Shown here one piece after another: positions 38,349 through 47,500 of a DNA stretch of 64,000 nucleotides. The stretch covers positions 189,121 to 253,120 of the forward strand of contig JBDRNC010000017.1 in NCBI GenBank assembly GCA_043811535.1. The letters run 5' to 3'. The notes below the pieces were generated by a model. The model was not told the DNA's origin. It saw only the letters and a list, made by a program, of their open reading frames with translations, and made no database searches. A program made the position numbers and the translations under genes. How positions within the stretch are numbered: position 1 is the first letter of the stretch; each line of letters starts with the position of its first letter. Source of the DNA: Elusimicrobiota bacterium. Lineage in GTDB: Bacteria; Elusimicrobiota; Endomicrobiia; Endomicrobiales; JBDRNC01.

Positions 38349-38505
38349 ATTGTGACTTCACTTTCCACTATTTGGTACAATAATATATCTTATATAAATA
38401 TTACCTCTTTTTATTGAATATTTCAACTCTTTTTAGCAGGCTGGCGTGGCAGCCATTTAAGCCGTTTCCGGCACCTGCTTTTCTCGTCTGCGGCATTTAA
38501 AACCC

Positions 38506-39228
38506 CTACTTGTTATCCCCCACCCACTCAATCCTGTAGGTGTAATCCTCCTCTGGATACTTAATATCTGCAATATAGAACTTGCAGACTATGTCATCCA
38601 CGGTGTATCCACAACCGCAGAATTCCGAGGCTTCGGGCCTTTGTTGCATCCTTTTTGCTTCCTCCCTTTCTCCCCTTGAATTGAGAACCACTACTCGGGG
38701 CGCCTTTTTGAACTTATACTCCATTCCGAACCCCAATTGCATTATGAACTCTTCCATCGGATAGAATGACCTGTACGATGTAAACAGGCCTTCCGGCGTT
38801 TTTCTGTCGAACATGCGCTCAAATGACCATCCCCAGGAATAACTGAACTCGTCCGCATACCCGAAGGTCCTCACGGTGTCCAAGAGAAACGCTTGAGAGT
38901 TGCCATCCTTATCCGCCAGTTGCCAGTGAGCTTTAATGACAGGGATAGCTATACCCTTTATCATGAACGTGTTGCCGTTAACCACTTCCCCGAACCCGTG
39001 CTTGTGGTAGTTCTGGCTCATAGCCTTAATTTCAGGAATGCATACTTTCGGCGGCACCCCCTCTTCTGGCCCGAACCGGTGCATAATATACCTTGCGCTG
39101 GGACTCGTTCGAACCGCCGAAATCCTATAGACTACTACACCGTGCCCGGACTTTGATACGCTCACCTCTTTTGTTACTCTTCGAAAGCAGAAATCGGTTG
39201 ATTTGAGTTTAAACCTGTCTATTACCAT
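38506..39228 (-). CDS. Hypothetical beta-rich protein
   Basis: AAGGAGG RBS before MVIDRF; ends YTYRIEW. Confidence 0.65.
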   Translation of the reverse strand: MVIDRFKLKSTDFCFRRVTKEVSVSKSGHGVVVYRISAVRTSPSARYIMHRFGPEEGVPPKVCIPEIKAMSQNYHKHGFGEVVNGNTFMIKGIAIPVIKAHWQLADKDGNSQAFLLDTVRTFGYADEFSYSWGWSFERMFDRKTPEGLFTSYRSFYPMEEFIMQLGFGMEYKFKKAPRVVVLNSRGEREEAKRMQQRPEASEFCGCGYTVDDIVCKFYIADIKYPEEDYTYRIEWVGDNK

Positions 39229-39287
39229 ACGACCTCCTTGTGATGCTTGCGGCGCCATTTTGGCGCCGCAAGGTTTTCCCACTTGTT

Positions 39288-39656
39288 TTAGTCCCCTTCA
39301 AGCTCCCTAATCAGCTTTTCGACTTCCTCGGCGCTGACCATGTCGATATCTTCGGTCCCGAGTTTGCCCGTCACATATTCGAACACATCGGAATCGCTGT
39401 CTATGTGCTTCTTCTTGACTAGGACCTGTCTTAACCTGAACCACTGGTCTTTTGACGGCCTCCGGGGTACCGCGCTGTCTTCGACCTGATAGACTATGGG
39501 GGCTGGCGCGGTTTTGGCCTCAAGCTTCTGCCTGAGGATAGCCCAGCACCTGCCGATGTCATCGCAGTCGTGCATCTGCGCGGTTATCCCAACGCTTATC
39601 GGAAGCCCTCTTCTATCCAAGAACGTCCTCGTCACTGTCATCTGTACTATTTTCAT
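39288..39656 (-). CDS. Hypothetical phage/ICE-type protein
   Basis: Coupled to the integrase stop; GGAGGTG RBS. Confidence 0.6.
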   Translation of the reverse strand: MKIVQMTVTRTFLDRRGLPISVGITAQMHDCDDIGRCWAILRQKLEAKTAPAPIVYQVEDSAVPRRPSKDQWFRLRQVLVKKKHIDSDSDVFEYVTGKLGTEDIDMVSAEEVEKLIRELEGD

Positions 39657-40780
39657 ATGCTTTCACCTCCCTTTTTTTGATTCCCGTTGTTCACGGACTG
39701 GGCATTCAGCCGCGCCATGGACACATATCTCATCGAAGTGCTGATGTTCCTGTGGCCAAGACGTGAAGCGATAACATGCGCTTCAAATCCTTGAAGTGCA
39801 AGGTTCGTTGCGTAGGTATCCCGGCAACAGTAAACCGTTATCCTTTTTCCCACCAAGCCGGAACGCTTGATCATTCTTTTGAATGTGCGGTCAAGCCAGT
39901 TTTTGTTGATAAGGAAACCTTTTGCGTTCTTGCCGGCCACAAGCTCATCAGGCAGGCCCGGTTTACCGAGCGCGGCTTTCAGCGCTTCCGAGATAGGTAT
40001 CATTCTCTCGGTATGGGCTTTGGGTGTCCAACCGCCATCCTTTTTAATGTGTATGTACGGGTTTTTGCCTAGAACTACCCGTTTCCATGTAAGATGATAG
40101 AGCTCATTCGGGCGCATACCGCTGTTAACCAGTATCTCGATAACGCGCTTCAAAGGAGCGTTGCTTGCCGCCAACATCTTAGCTATCTCTTCGCTGGTCA
40201 GCGGCCTGGGCAGGGAGAAGCCTACCTGCGGCATTTCGCAGTTAGCGAACGGGTTTTCGCTGGCATACCGCCATCTCAGGAACTTCTGATATGCCGATTT
40301 GGCGGTCCTTACCATTGTGTTTACCCCGGAAGCGCTCAGCAGTTTTGTGCCGGACCGGTCGTTCTTGTTCTGCGTATTAAGCAGTGTTTCAACCCATTGG
40401 TCCGCTTTAACGGTTGAGATATCTGAAGGGCTAGCCGGGTTCAGAACGACTTCAAGGCTTTTAAACACCCGCTGGTACTTCAGAATCGTCATTTTCGCCT
40501 TCCTTACGTTGGCGAAGTACTGGAAGAGTTTTTTTTTAGCATCTTCCCAGCTGACCGCTGAGTTCGCCGCTACGCCCGGTCCTCCCTTTTTGAGTATTCC
40601 CATCTCCACAAGCGTGTTGACAAGGTTTTGCTGGAACCTGTCATCCTGAACCGCTTGTTCAATGGACGCCTTTATTAGCTTTGCTTTTATATGGTCCGGG
40701 CCAAGGTTGATATCTGTCCGCTTGCTGTTCTTGCAGACAGTTATTCTCCAGAACCCGTTTCTTTGGTACATGTATCCCAT
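39653..40780 (-). CDS. Tyrosine recombinase/integrase
   Basis: SGMRPNEL, YCCRDTYAT, LGHRNISTSMRY. Confidence 0.92.
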   Translation of the reverse strand: MGYMYQRNGFWRITVCKNSKRTDINLGPDHIKAKLIKASIEQAVQDDRFQQNLVNTLVEMGILKKGGPGVAANSAVSWEDAKKKLFQYFANVRKAKMTILKYQRVFKSLEVVLNPASPSDISTVKADQWVETLLNTQNKNDRSGTKLLSASGVNTMVRTAKSAYQKFLRWRYASENPFANCEMPQVGFSLPRPLTSEEIAKMLAASNAPLKRVIEILVNSGMRPNELYHLTWKRVVLGKNPYIHIKKDGGWTPKAHTERMIPISEALKAALGKPGLPDELVAGKNAKGFLINKNWLDRTFKRMIKRSGLVGKRITVYCCRDTYATNLALQGFEAHVIASRLGHRNISTSMRYVSMARLNAQSVNNGNQKKGGESI

Positions 40781-40800
40781 AAAGTCTCCTTTTTAAAAAT

Positions 40801-40837
40801 AAAAAAAGCCCTGTCCTCAATTAAGAGAACAGGGCTT
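40801..40837 (-). terminator. Intrinsic terminator directly upstream of integrase RBS
   Basis: AAGCCCTGT..ACAGGGCTT stem + U tract. Confidence 0.7.
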
Positions 40838-40871
40838 CTATATTTTCAAGTAGAGCCGGGTTTGCCGGCTT

Positions 40872-41075
40872 TTACATATATATCCGTTTCGAGTCTATCA
40901 GCTTCCTGACCTCGCGGATGTCATACCTAACCATCCTCGGCCCGATCTGGATCCTTGCTTTCACAAGATTTCCGTTGTGTTCGAGCCGTATCACATGCGA
41001 AACGCTGATGTTTCCCAGCATCGCGCACAGTGTTTTCCGGTCGATCAGCAGTTGTGAGTATGCTTTCTTAATCAT
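40872..41075 (-). CDS. Excisionase/AlpA-like small DNA-binding protein
   Basis: 67 aa, LIDRKTLCAMLG.IS...RIQIGPRMVRY. Confidence 0.7.
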   Translation of the reverse strand: MIKKAYSQLLIDRKTLCAMLGNISVSHVIRLEHNGNLVKARIQIGPRMVRYDIREVRKLIDSKRIYM

Positions 41076-41107
41076 AAAATCACCTCCTTCTTTTGGGATT
41101 TATATAT

Positions 41108-41143
41108 AAAAAAAACGCCGGAAGGGCTGTAACCCTTCCGGCG
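41108..41143 (-). terminator. Intrinsic terminator upstream of the excisionase-like gene
   Basis: CGCCGGAAGGG/CCCTTCCGGCG stem + U8. Confidence 0.75.
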
Positions 41144-41157
41144 GGATAAAAATAGAA

Positions 41158-42255
41158 CTACTTTCCGGCTTTGGACCTGAAACTTGCCGCATTCAATCTG
41201 ACAAGAGATACATAGCGCATTGAAGTGTTAATATTCCTATGCCCTAACCGCGCAGCGATACTGTGGGCTTCGTATCCCTGTAAAGCAAGGTTGGTCGCAT
41301 ATGTATCCCTGCAACAATACAATGTAATTATTTTCCCGGCTAAATCGGCTTGCTTCAACGCCCTCTTAAAACTTCGCTCAAGCAAATACTTGTCGAAAAA
41401 GAACCCGTACTCGTTCCTCCCGGCCACCAATTCGTCCGGATTCTTGGGTTTCCCTATCGTTTTTAAGAGATCCTTCGATATGGGTATCATTCGCTCAGTA
41501 TGGGCTTTAGGAGCCCAGCTGCCGTCTTTCCTGATGTGTATGTATGGATTGGCGCCCAATACAACCCGTTTCCAGGTAAGGTTGTAGAGCTCGTTTGGCC
41601 TCATACCGCTTAGAATTAGTATTTTTATGGCACGTTTCAAAGGTCTGCTGCAGGCTTTCAGGAGCCTTGTGATCTCATCTTGCGTCAGTGGACGCGGAAG
41701 AGATAACTCAACCTTAGGCATTTCGCAGTTTGTAAATGGGTTTTTATCTATGTATCCCCACCTTGCGAACCTTTGAAATGCCGCTTTTGCTATGCTCAGG
41801 TTTTTGCTTACAGCTCCCGCGCTCAGTTTCCTGCCGCGAGCGCTTGTCTTGTTAAGCATTTGTTCCATCCACTTGTCAGCCAATTCAGCAGTTACTTCTG
41901 CCGGAGCGGGAACATTCAGCGTTTTCTCCAGGTTCTTAAGCACTGACTCATAATACTTGACAGTGGCCTTGGCCCGTTTAATGTTTCTTAAGTAGAGCAA
42001 AAGCCTTTTTGTCGCCTTATCCCAGCCCACATTTTCTGTTAAGAATAATGCGAGGCTTCCGTTCGCTATTATCCCCATTCTGGTCAGCGAGTCCACCAAG
42101 CTTTTCTTGAATAAATCATCACGCTGCGCGTTCTCGATTGATATTCTTAAGAACTTAGCGCGGTTCAAATCCTGACCTAGGTTAATGTCTCTTCTATCTT
42201 TTCCGGCACCTACGGTTACTCGCCAACATTTACCCTTCTTGTACATATATCCCAT
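41158..42255 (-). CDS. Tyrosine recombinase/integrase (paralogue of 39653-40780)
   Basis: SGMRPNEL, YCCRDTYAT, LGHRNINTSMRY; same MGYMY N-terminus. Confidence 0.92.
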   Translation of the reverse strand: MGYMYKKGKCWRVTVGAGKDRRDINLGQDLNRAKFLRISIENAQRDDLFKKSLVDSLTRMGIIANGSLALFLTENVGWDKATKRLLLYLRNIKRAKATVKYYESVLKNLEKTLNVPAPAEVTAELADKWMEQMLNKTSARGRKLSAGAVSKNLSIAKAAFQRFARWGYIDKNPFTNCEMPKVELSLPRPLTQDEITRLLKACSRPLKRAIKILILSGMRPNELYNLTWKRVVLGANPYIHIRKDGSWAPKAHTERMIPISKDLLKTIGKPKNPDELVAGRNEYGFFFDKYLLERSFKRALKQADLAGKIITLYCCRDTYATNLALQGYEAHSIAARLGHRNINTSMRYVSLVRLNAASFRSKAGK

Positions 42256-42273
42256 TTTACCCTCCTTAAAATG

Positions 42274-42320
42274 AAAAAAGGCCCTGCCATCGGTCTGTGA
42301 AACCGATGACAGGGCCTTTT
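42274..42320 (-). terminator. Intrinsic (bidirectional-type) terminator upstream of integrase RBS
   Basis: AAAAGGCCCTG.CATCGGT / ACCGATG.CAGGGCCTTTT. Confidence 0.75.
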
Positions 42321-42359
42321 ATGAATTTATTGTTATTAATTCAAATGGAACTAAACGGG

Positions 42360-43703
42360 TTAATACAACGGGAACAATGGCATATCTACAGCGATAAACC
42401 CCAAATATCTAACTTCATTTGGTATATTGTTAGTCAATCCATTGACTTTGAATCCGCCAAAGCCGATAGCTAGAGGCATATTTGGCAAACCCCAAATAAA
42501 TGTGATCCCTGGAGCAACGATATCCCTAACAGCGATCTTGTCAGAAGTGTTGTAAAGCTGAGAATTTACTGCTGCTCCAAAATCAAATACACTTCCGAGG
42601 ATGCTAAAAGAACTTGTTCCCTTAATACCCCAGCTCACCTCAACGCCTACAGGTGCAACTATACCGGAATAGCTTAACTTATCCTTATCGCTTTCCGATC
42701 CGCCGCCAAACCCGAGATATGAAGATATGCTTACCCTCATCTCATCCTTTCGCTTGCTTTTGAAACTCCCGGCTGGCAGCGCGAACGATTTCAATATTGA
42801 TTTCGCTTCATCTGCTTTTTTAACATCCGACAACTGAGCAAAGAATATAGCGAAGTTCTTAAAACTCTTATAACCACTTGATTCTATGTCAATTATTTTC
42901 TTGAAACTATCCAGACTCTCGATTGTCATTAGTGCGTATGTAGTACGAGTCGAGAAACTATCATTGCTTCCTTGTATTTTTTGAATATATTCCAGAGAGT
43001 CGTAAACACCCGTAAGCCTGCTTTTAAGTAATGCACAAAGCTTTGACATTTCAGCAGGTACAGCTATTTCTTTGTCGGAAATAGTTGTCGAAGTTGATGT
43101 TAAAGGTGCAATTTCATCGATACAATCTTTAATGTAAAGTTGCGCAATTTGCAGGCTTTCGTCGTCTTTCAATTCATCTATATTAACTGTTTTTACGCCA
43201 TCCTTTAGTTTCGCGCATACTGCAATGAATTTCTCGGATATGCCCGAATTAATGCTTTTTATATCAATGTTATTCTGATATTGCTCTATTTCATTGAATT
43301 TCTTATCGGTAATAATTGACAATCCTTCTTCTTTAAGTTTATTCCTTGCAATCTCAGCGAATGACTGTAGGTCCTTTTCCACGCTTTGTTTCCACAGGTC
43401 GCCATTTAACATTAAAACCTTCAAATTCAGAGTTGTTAGTATTTTGGATGTGTTTGGAAAGTATCTCTTAACTAGAGTATTTCTGTTAATCTTATCTTCA
43501 AACAAGGCGATTAAATTATCATTCGCTTTTTCAATGAGAAAATCAGCAACACCCTTGATCCTTTCACTGACGGCATCTTCAGTTGAACAATATCCATTAT
43601 TCACAAACACAGGAGAAATGCTGGAAACATTAAGCAACACAACTATACACAATGTGGTTCGTATTATAAGATTGGATTTTGATAAATGCATTATAGACTC
43701 CAA
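42360..43703 (-). CDS. Hypothetical exported protein, C-terminal beta-barrel-like region
   Basis: Signal-like N-terminus; helical middle; amphipathic strands ending DMPLFPLY. Confidence 0.65.
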   Translation of the reverse strand: MESIMHLSKSNLIIRTTLCIVVLLNVSSISPVFVNNGYCSTEDAVSERIKGVADFLIEKANDNLIALFEDKINRNTLVKRYFPNTSKILTTLNLKVLMLNGDLWKQSVEKDLQSFAEIARNKLKEEGLSIITDKKFNEIEQYQNNIDIKSINSGISEKFIAVCAKLKDGVKTVNIDELKDDESLQIAQLYIKDCIDEIAPLTSTSTTISDKEIAVPAEMSKLCALLKSRLTGVYDSLEYIQKIQGSNDSFSTRTTYALMTIESLDSFKKIIDIESSGYKSFKNFAIFFAQLSDVKKADEAKSILKSFALPAGSFKSKRKDEMRVSISSYLGFGGGSESDKDKLSYSGIVAPVGVEVSWGIKGTSSFSILGSVFDFGAAVNSQLYNTSDKIAVRDIVAPGITFIWGLPNMPLAIGFGGFKVNGLTNNIPNEVRYLGFIAVDMPLFPLY

Positions 43704-43706
43704 TAA

Positions 43707-44519
43707 TTACGGTTCTGGTATTCTTGGCGCGCTTGGCCCGCCAATTGCATGAAAATCACCACGCAATTCTTTCTTTAATATAAATACCATACCCAAAATA
43801 AAACCTAATATTGCGGCAATTCTGCTCCATTTCGTTGCATATATATTGGCATAATAAGAATTGTATCTTTTCAAGAATTTTAATATTTTTTCGTTAGATA
43901 TTTTATTACTTGTATAGTTCTGACTTAATGTATAATATTTCTTTTTGATCGTATCCCTTAGATATATATGATCAATAAACATTTTATCCTTTTCCGATAA
44001 TCCCTTTAATACCTTATCTTCAAATTGAGTAACTGGGATAGTTGATGGAATCTTTGTTGTTAGTATATAATCCGCGAGATAATTAGTTGCTAATCCCAAT
44101 ATAATACCCCCCAATAAACCAGATAAGGACCCCAATACCAACACTCGTATGATCTTCCCGAGAACACCGAAATACTTATTAAATAATATGAATGATATTA
44201 CAGATATTGAACCGAAAATACTCCAGAAATATGGAGTTGTTATGTCAACGAAATGGGCCTTCATTATAAAAAACATTGAAATAATTATTATTAACCATGT
44301 AAATATTGAAATTGCTTTTAATACGCTTCTTTCAGCGGCATTATGTTCTGCCTCTCGCGCGCTATAAGGTAATGACATCCATTCAGCTGCTTCTATATTG
44401 TATCTTTCCTTTTCTTCTTGATAATCAATTATTCTTTTTGAATAACAAGATTGACAATAGTTTCTACCACTTGGGATTATTTCACCGCACGTTTTGCATT
44501 TATTAAATGAATTTGCCAT
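43707..44519 (-). CDS. Membrane protein with N-terminal zinc ribbon
   Basis: CKTC...YCQSC; about 4 TM segments. Confidence 0.65.
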   Translation of the reverse strand: MANSFNKCKTCGEIIPSGRNYCQSCYSKRIIDYQEEKERYNIEAAEWMSLPYSAREAEHNAAERSVLKAISIFTWLIIIISMFFIMKAHFVDITTPYFWSIFGSISVISFILFNKYFGVLGKIIRVLVLGSLSGLLGGIILGLATNYLADYILTTKIPSTIPVTQFEDKVLKGLSEKDKMFIDHIYLRDTIKKKYYTLSQNYTSNKISNEKILKFLKRYNSYYANIYATKWSRIAAILGFILGMVFILKKELRGDFHAIGGPSAPRIPEP

Positions 44520-44538
44520 ATTTTGTCCTCCCGAAATA

Positions 44539-47478
44539 TTATTGATATTTTAACAGTACCTTATTTTCATCTCCGGAGAACTGAGGGTTCTGGTTGCGGC
44601 CGTAGTTTCTGCGCGCAATGCTCGGTACATTTTCAGTCAGATATTCTTTCAACTCGCCAAGGGTAAGCGCTTTGTCCTTGTTCGTGTTAGCACTCCCCTG
44701 CAGGCCTTTTAGGAAATAATATGTGAATAATGAATGTTGCTTGTCGGGATACCATGACGCGACTTCCGAATCTCCAGCCGCGGTGAAAACATTGATGCCG
44801 CTTGACGCTTTTGGCCTTTCGACAGGAATGAGTGCGCTTGCTTTGGTAAGGAGCATTCCTTTCTCGGAGCCGCCACTAAAACAGGCATCTATAACGATGG
44901 TTACGTTCTTCGCTTTTATCTTTCCGATATTTTCGTAAAGCAACTCAAGCGGGTAGCCGTTCAGCTTGACATAGTTCGGGTGGCAGTCCGACGGCACCAG
45001 ATACGCCTTCTTACTTTCGATGTCGGGCGCGCCGTGTCCGGAGTAATAAACGAAGACGTCGGATTTGCCTTCTTTCACGTAGTCGCTCAATTGCCCGCGC
45101 GGATTGCCTTCGGTACCGAAAACCCGCGTAATGTCCCCTTGTGTCGGGTTTTCTAGATATATTATGTTGTCCTTGCGGTAGCCGAGTGCATCAACAAGGT
45201 ACTCTCTAACCGCCTGTATATCATTTATCGCGTATGTTACGGAAGGAACATCTGGATGTTTGTAATTCATTATTCCAAAAACAACAGCTATCCCATCAGG
45301 ATTAGTTGTTCTAGTTTTAGGAACAGGAAATAAATCAGCGCCAAATGTCGGTATCTCTTGCGCCTGTATTTCCCTGGGTTTACTTGTTACTTCGACCACT
45401 TGTATTTTCGAATATACCTTATTTAAAGCAATATCCAGCGGCAACTCTTTATTAAATATTGCATGCGCATCCGTTAAGGAAATCTTAATCGGCAAAACAT
45501 TAGCAGTACATTGCTTCTTGACTGTAAATGCAAATTTGATTTCAATCAATTTACCCGGCTCTAAATCTCCTATCGGCAATTTAACCGGTGATAAGAAATC
45601 TATACTGGGATCATTGCAAGATATTGTTACATAGGCATTCTTTGTTACGCCCTTGCCTTTGTTTGCTAAAACCGCCGATACATCTACTGACTCACCAGGT
45701 TCAACTATCCCATTCCCATTCCCTACTGACTGCTTTTCAGGCTTATTGGGATATAAAGTATCATCTATCCCGAATTTTACAATATTTATGTCAGGGGATT
45801 TAACCTTTTGCGTCTTAAATCTAATCCTGACATTATCTGGATTAAAACCGTTGGCTTCTTGTGTTTCTATTTCGACTATTACCTCACCATCAGGAAGATT
45901 GATAGTACTTGAAATAGGTATTTTCACGCTTTTTCTTCGACCTGCTTCGATGTCCCCAATATCAATACTATTTATAATAATATCCTTCATTTTTGGAATT
46001 AGCGCAGGGATTTCCTTCAATCCGAATGATGCGCCGGCGCCAGCGGAATTTGTTATATCAAAGCTAATATTTCCTTTTTCTTCGGCCGAAAGAATATTAT
46101 CTCCGTCCTCATCTTCAAAAGTTAAATTAGTAATATTAAGAATTGGCGGTTTCGAAGGGACTATAAAAAATGAAAATGACTCGGAAACACCGCCTTCTGT
46201 ATGTATAGAAATAGCAGTTCTTCCCGACTTCTGTCCACCTGGTATTCTCACCCGCAGACTCGTCTTGTCAGCGTTAATTACTTCCGCCCTAATATTGTCA
46301 AAGAAAACCGTGTTTTTCTCTTTTTCAAAATCAAAATTTGATCCCAATATCGTTATTATTGCACCTGGGTGTTCCTTTTCCGGTTTGATACTGGCAACAA
46401 TAGGTGCGTCTATTACTGAAGTAACCTGAACTAATGTTGGAAATGGACCTTTATTGCTTGTCTTCGACAGAGATTGTGACCATAATTTTGCACGTTTGTA
46501 CATTTTCCTTGATCCATAAATATCGGCGACTTCCGATTTATTTAATTTCCACACTGAATCAAATCTCCAGTTTATTGATATATTATGCCCATTACTATAA
46601 TTAAATGCTTCAGCATTTGAAATATTTAAACCGTAATCCAGGTGAAATGATTGTATCCCGATTCCAAATCCGATTGTAAACTCGTTATTTCCGCCAAGTT
46701 GATATCCTGCTCTTGCCGTAACGAGTTGTGATATTATCTCCTCCAAACCAAATCTCATTTGTTGCTCTGAAATTGAATAATCACAACCTAACAACATTGA
46801 ATTCCCTTTATTAAAAGGTTTCCTATATACGGTGCCTATAACGTAATCGGAAGGCAAAGGTTCTGCAACAGAATAATATTTTAAAGTTGAATTCGTAATA
46901 TTTTTACCGAGCATACTAAATGTCATTTTATCATCAAGTGTTCTAAACATTAAACCCACATCCCAAATCAGCGCATTTGATGAATATTGTTCAACTAGAT
47001 TACTTGATAGGTACTTTAAATTGCCGCCGGCAAAAAATGTTTCATTTAGATTTCTACCCCACCCGATTGATAATGCATAATCATTTTGCGCTTTAATCTT
47101 CACGGGGTCTTCGTTAAATTCAAGCACTTCAATATCCCCTGCGTTATACGTAATAAATGTTAAATTCAGATTAAGCGGGGCTATTAAAAGACCGTAATAG
47201 CTAAAAAAGGTATCTACAGGACCGGGTGCATACATAGTTGATAATTCCATATTACTAGCTGTATAGCCTAATCCTGCGGGATTATAGTAACAACTGAATG
47301 AATCATCCGTTATACCGGATAGCCCCCCTCCTAGCGCTGCCGCTCTTGCACCCCATGCTTGATCCAGGAATACCCCAACATTTTTACCGACTGCGAAACT
47401 ATAACTATTTGACACTGAAAATAAGAGTATCAATGTAATCACTATATAGATTACGCTATTCAACTGCCGTTTTTCCAT
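44539..47478 (-). CDS. PorV-like barrel + IPT/Ig domains + caspase-family protease fusion
   Basis: Signal peptide; FL...GARAAALGG..YYNPAGL (PorV/FadL-like); PGAIITILGSNF (IPT); YYSGHG and IDACFSG. Confidence 0.8.
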   Translation of the reverse strand: MEKRQLNSVIYIVITLILLFSVSNSYSFAVGKNVGVFLDQAWGARAAALGGGLSGITDDSFSCYYNPAGLGYTASNMELSTMYAPGPVDTFFSYYGLLIAPLNLNLTFITYNAGDIEVLEFNEDPVKIKAQNDYALSIGWGRNLNETFFAGGNLKYLSSNLVEQYSSNALIWDVGLMFRTLDDKMTFSMLGKNITNSTLKYYSVAEPLPSDYVIGTVYRKPFNKGNSMLLGCDYSISEQQMRFGLEEIISQLVTARAGYQLGGNNEFTIGFGIGIQSFHLDYGLNISNAEAFNYSNGHNISINWRFDSVWKLNKSEVADIYGSRKMYKRAKLWSQSLSKTSNKGPFPTLVQVTSVIDAPIVASIKPEKEHPGAIITILGSNFDFEKEKNTVFFDNIRAEVINADKTSLRVRIPGGQKSGRTAISIHTEGGVSESFSFFIVPSKPPILNITNLTFEDEDGDNILSAEEKGNISFDITNSAGAGASFGLKEIPALIPKMKDIIINSIDIGDIEAGRRKSVKIPISSTINLPDGEVIVEIETQEANGFNPDNVRIRFKTQKVKSPDINIVKFGIDDTLYPNKPEKQSVGNGNGIVEPGESVDVSAVLANKGKGVTKNAYVTISCNDPSIDFLSPVKLPIGDLEPGKLIEIKFAFTVKKQCTANVLPIKISLTDAHAIFNKELPLDIALNKVYSKIQVVEVTSKPREIQAQEIPTFGADLFPVPKTRTTNPDGIAVVFGIMNYKHPDVPSVTYAINDIQAVREYLVDALGYRKDNIIYLENPTQGDITRVFGTEGNPRGQLSDYVKEGKSDVFVYYSGHGAPDIESKKAYLVPSDCHPNYVKLNGYPLELLYENIGKIKAKNVTIVIDACFSGGSEKGMLLTKASALIPVERPKASSGINVFTAAGDSEVASWYPDKQHSLFTYYFLKGLQGSANTNKDKALTLGELKEYLTENVPSIARRNYGRNQNPQFSGDENKVLLKYQ

Positions 47479-47500
47479 TTTTTTCCAGTCCTAGATACTA

